DNA of 64,000 nt from Candidatus Eiseniibacteriota bacterium (GTDB lineage: Bacteria > Eisenbacteria > RBG-16-71-46 > JABDJR01), in assembly GCA_963762255.1 (NCBI GenBank), contig CAVXKA010000002.1, forward strand, positions 736,001-800,000. Reading direction: 5' to 3'. Within the stretch, counting starts at the first letter, position 1; each line of letters begins with the position of its first letter. Positions 60,346 through 64,000 of the stretch are shown here, piece by piece. Under the pieces are notes generated by a model that worked only from the letters and a program-made list of their open reading frames with translations, did not search any database and was not told the DNA's origin. The translations under genes were made by a program, and so were the position numbers.

Positions 60346-62298
60346 ATGAAGAGCTTCCCGTTCAAAGCCTGGATTTTGCCCCTGATCGTCGCCGCGACGG
60401 TCGCCGCCGGCGCCGTTCAAGGCCTCGCGCAGGAAGGGGCGGCGATCAGTAACGGCGACTGCGCCATGTGCCACAACGGAGACGACGCGAGCATTCCCGC
60501 CGTCACCGAAGCGTCCCTGAGCCAATCCTCGCACGCCGGCTTGAGCTGCATGGACTGCCACGCGGACATCGCCGAGATCCCCCACGCCGAGAAACTCGCG
60601 CGCGTTCAGTGCGGCACGTGTCACTCCAGCGAGAGCGAGACCTACACGCAGCACGGTCGCGGGATCGTCGGCACGACCGAGGATCTCCCCGAATGCCAGG
60701 ACTGCCACGGCTCACACAATATTCTTCCGTCCTCCGACAACCATTCGCAAGTCCACCCGACCAACCTGTCGCAGACGTGCGCCGTCTGTCACGCTAATCT
60801 GGACCTGGCCAAGAAGCACGACATCAAGCTCAAGCGTGCGGTGGCCGTTTACGAAGCGAGCGTTCACGGTCGGGCAGCCATGGGCGGCATCTACACCGCC
60901 GCCACCTGTACGGACTGCCACTCCACCGAGGGCACCGCCCATCGGATCCTCGGCCCCGGCGACGCCACATCCAGCATCAATCACTTCAACATCCCCAAGA
61001 CCTGCGGCAAGTGCCACCGAGGCATCGAGCAGGACTACGAGGAAGGTATCCACGGGCAGCTCGCCGCTCGCGGCGAGACCGACACGCCGGTATGCACGAC
61101 CTGCCACGGCGAGCATGGGATTCTCGCCACCGACGATCCGCGGTCCAATGTGAGCCCCACGCTCGTTGCCGAGGCAACCTGCGCGCCCTGCCATGAGTCG
61201 GCTCAGCTCAACGAGAAGTACGGTATTCCCGCCGGCCGCCTGGCCTCGTTCGTGGACTCCTATCACGGGTTGAAGAGCCGGTCCGGCGACCCCACCGTGG
61301 CCAACTGCGCGAGCTGCCATGGCGCTCATCGGATCCTGCCCAGCGCGAACCCGCAGTCGTCAATCTATCCCGCCAACCTCCAGAAGACCTGCGGCCATTG
61401 CCACCCGAACATCAGCACGCAACTTGCCCAAACCCAGATCCACAGCGCCAACGCGGGGCTGCAAACCGGGTGGTCGCGCTTCTTTGCGGTCGTGTACACG
61501 ATCCTCATCATCGCCGTGATCGGCGGCATGCTGGTCTACGTCCTGATCGACCTGCGCGCCCGGTACCGCGAAATGCTCGCCCGCCCGCAGATCCGACGCA
61601 TGGACACCAACGCGATCCTTCAGCACAGCGTGCTGACGGCCGCCTTCATCGTCCTCGTGGTCACCGGCTTCGCGCTCCGTTACTCGGAGGCCTGGATCTT
61701 CAATCACATCTTCGGCTGGGACGGCGGATTCCGGGTACGGGGCATCATCCACAGGTCGGCGGCGGTGTTGCTGGTGCTCGGCTCGCTCTGGCATCTGCTC
61801 TATCTGCGCACCCACAACGGTCGCAAGTTCGGCCGGGGAATGCTGCCGAGTCTGGAGGACGCGAAACAGCTCCTGCACATGGTCCAGTTCAACCTTGGGC
61901 GGCGCAAGGATCATCCGCACTTCGATCGCTTCACCTACGTGGAGAAGGCGGAGTACTGGGCGCTGATCTGGGGCACCGTGGTGATGGCCATCACCGGTTT
62001 CTTCCTCTGGTTCGACAACCTGGCGGTGAGCATCTTCCACAAGGGATTCCTGGACGTGATGCTAGTGATTCACTTCTACGAGGCGTGGCTGGCCACGCTG
62101 GCGATCGCCCTCTGGCATTTCTACTTCACCGTGTTCCGGCCGGGCGCGTATCCGGGGAACCCTGCCTGGGTCACGGGTAAGATGCCGGCGGATCTCTATC
62201 ACGACGAGCATCCCGCGGACACGTCGGCGCCGATGGCCGAACCGGCGCAGGAGCTCTATCCGGATCGCGCGGACGCCGCGGGGAAGAAGCAGGCCTAG
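60346..62298 (+). CDS. Multiheme cytochrome c (11 CxxCH) fused to a cytochrome b/FdnI-like membrane domain (CbcL-like)
   Basis: Signal peptide; 11 CxxCH motifs counted by hand; TM region with LQH, IIHR, EKAEYWAL.WG, IHFYEAWLA and WHFY. Confidence 0.9.
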   Translation: MKSFPFKAWILPLIVAATVAAGAVQGLAQEGAAISNGDCAMCHNGDDASIPAVTEASLSQSSHAGLSCMDCHADIAEIPHAEKLARVQCGTCHSSESETYTQHGRGIVGTTEDLPECQDCHGSHNILPSSDNHSQVHPTNLSQTCAVCHANLDLAKKHDIKLKRAVAVYEASVHGRAAMGGIYTAATCTDCHSTEGTAHRILGPGDATSSINHFNIPKTCGKCHRGIEQDYEEGIHGQLAARGETDTPVCTTCHGEHGILATDDPRSNVSPTLVAEATCAPCHESAQLNEKYGIPAGRLASFVDSYHGLKSRSGDPTVANCASCHGAHRILPSANPQSSIYPANLQKTCGHCHPNISTQLAQTQIHSANAGLQTGWSRFFAVVYTILIIAVIGGMLVYVLIDLRARYREMLARPQIRRMDTNAILQHSVLTAAFIVLVVTGFALRYSEAWIFNHIFGWDGGFRVRGIIHRSAAVLLVLGSLWHLLYLRTHNGRKFGRGMLPSLEDAKQLLHMVQFNLGRRKDHPHFDRFTYVEKAEYWALIWGTVVMAITGFFLWFDNLAVSIFHKGFLDVMLVIHFYEAWLATLAIALWHFYFTVFRPGAYPGNPAWVTGKMPADLYHDEHPADTSAPMAEPAQELYPDRADAAGKKQA

Positions 62299-62322
62299 TC
62301 GCCCATTCGCGGTTGGACGTGC

Positions 62323-62352
62323 CGAGGGCCCGGCGGCAACGCCGGGCCCTCG
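62323..62352. terminator. Hairpin between convergent genes
   Basis: CGAGGGCCCGGCG-GCAA-CGCCGGGCCCTCG. Confidence 0.75.
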
Positions 62353-62371
62353 CATTTCCGGGCGGCAAGGA

Positions 62372-62405
62372 CCGGGTGATCACCCGGGTGAGCATCTGGG
62401 TGAGC
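62372..62405. repeat. CCGGGTGATCAC-CCGGGTGAGCAT-CTGGGTGAGC (dispersed repeat, copy 4, decaying)
   Basis: Three progressively degenerate 12-bp units. Confidence 0.75.
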
Positions 62406-62416
62406 GTGAGCTGCGG

Positions 62417-64000
62417 CTAGTGATAGAGCGTATTGATCCGATTCCAGGTCGCTGTTTGGGGTGCCACCGCATCGCAGCCGGCAGTCGGGAACGCCCCGAT
62501 GGGCCCGGCTGGATGCAGGAGGGCGGGAGAGTTGGCCGCCAGGGAGTAGTCACCGCTGCTCACACCTCTGTCGCAGAACAGCGGATCGGCGGCGAGGTTG
62601 CCGCTGATGCTCGTCCAGTCCGCGCAGAAGCCGTTGCCGTCACCGCCCACGTTGGACCACGCCAGATTGTTGCGGATCTCGAACGTGGCGACCGATTCGC
62701 AGCGGATGCCGCCGCCGTAGGTCGAGTAGGCGATGATGTTGTTCTCGATGAGCTTGGGGCCGGCCTTGAGCAGGGCGATCCCGCCGCCGCCCCACGTGGG
62801 GTCCGACTTGCCGCGGGCGTCATTGAATACGATCGTGTTGTGGTGGACCCAGTAGGATCCTCCATAGAGCCAAATGCCGCCGCCGCTGAATTGCACATGC
62901 CCGCCCCCCAAAGCCTTGTTGCCAAGGATGAGGTTTCCCGCGATCTCCATCTCTCCGGACGGCGTCCCGAGTGCGCAATGAACACCGCCGCCATGATCGC
63001 CAGCCTTGTTCCCAAGGATACGGTTGTCGAGGATGGAGACATTGATTTGGTACCACGGCAGGTAGGCCCAGATCCCTCCTCCATCTCCGTTGGCAGACTC
63101 GTTTCCGTCGATGACGTTGCCACGAATGACACCGGAGCCCTCAAGCCCGATACCCCCTCCGTTGGAGGTTGCCCGATTCAAGCGGATCACGTTGTTCTCA
63201 ATCAGTGGCCCAAGCGGTACGTCCGACGCCAAGATCCCCCCCCCCACATCCCGACGGTGTTCTTCTCGATGACATTGCCTCGGATCGTCGGGCCGCAATA
63301 GAGAATCAAGACCCCCCCCCCCATTCGGTAGTCGTCGCCGGTGGCACCGTCCATGAGGTCCCCCACACCCCCCGTGATCGTGAACCCTTCGATCACGGCT
63401 CCGCGCCCCTCTCCGTTCCGGAACACCACCACGCTTCCCCGCTTGTGGCTCCCATCCAGGATGGTCACCTCCGGTCCGGCCTGGCTCCGCACCACGATGT
63501 TCTTCCCGTTGTAGTTCAGGTTCTCGTAGTAACGCCCCGGCATCACCAGCACGGTGTCTCCAATGGCCGCGCTGTCGATCCCCGCCTGCACCGTCGGGGC
63601 ATCCCCCAATCCGTCCGCCCGGATGAGCCAGGTGAGCTGCGGTCGCTCCACGAACCCGGACGCCCCATTCGAGAACGCGCCCCGATTCCCGGCGAGGTCC
63701 GTGGCCCGCACCGCGAACCACAGCGTCTTCGGACCGGGCAGGTCCGATACCGTCGCCGTCTGCGTCACCCCGGGATGCACGATGGACACGGATGCCTGGA
63801 CGGAACCCGCCACCTGCCAGTCTGCTTCATCCTCAATCCGGCTCTCCGCATAGCGGATCTCGTAGCCGTCTACCTTGGCTTCGTCCCCGTCGTTGCCCGG
63901 CGCCGTCCAGCGCAGCGTGGCGGTCCGGGTCCCGGTCTCGACCACCTCCAGGTCCGTGATCGTCGCCGGGGCCACCGTATCGGCGGGAAGAGTCGCCTCA
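62417..64000 (-). CDS. FN3 plus parallel beta-helix protein, probably secreted (5' truncated by the window; frameshift at about 63240), with TW-type C-terminal motif
   Basis: LRWTAPGNDG..YEIRY (FN3); TVQAGIDSA..GDTVLV.PGRYYEN; GGG repeats; DPLFC; ends VAPQTATWNRINTLYH. Confidence 0.8.

Overview
High-GC bacterial chromosomal window, densely coded, with no rRNA, tRNA, CRISPR array or transposase that I can recognise. FlgD-Ig/T9SS-like C-termini and TWGxxK-ending secreted proteins suggest an FCB-related candidate lineage such as Eisenbacteria or Krumholzibacteriota (inference only). Housekeeping genes include archaeal-type topoisomerase VI A/B, corA, a heterodimeric ABC exporter, ruvCA, yebC, an EF-G2-like factor, thiSGE, rnr, ispH and ald. 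The most notable observations are: (1) a short C-terminal TW[GN]x[IL][KN]xx[YF] tag on three secreted proteins, which occupies the same position as a T9SS-like CTD on a homologous, unnamed Cys-rich domain and may be an uncharacterised sorting signal; (2) a stand-alone histone-fold gene with a Lys-rich N-terminal tail; (3) a coupled LuxE-like, LuxC-like and class-III aminotransferase cluster; (4) an 11-heme cytochrome c/cytochrome b fusion preceded by a GEMM-I-like RNA element; (5) a solitary integron cassette followed by a decayed toxin-antitoxin module; (6) a dispersed 12-bp-unit palindrome (CCCGGGTGATCA)n at four gene ends. At least eight genes carry frameshifts that look like assembly indel errors. 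All calls come from reading the sequence; no database searches were run.
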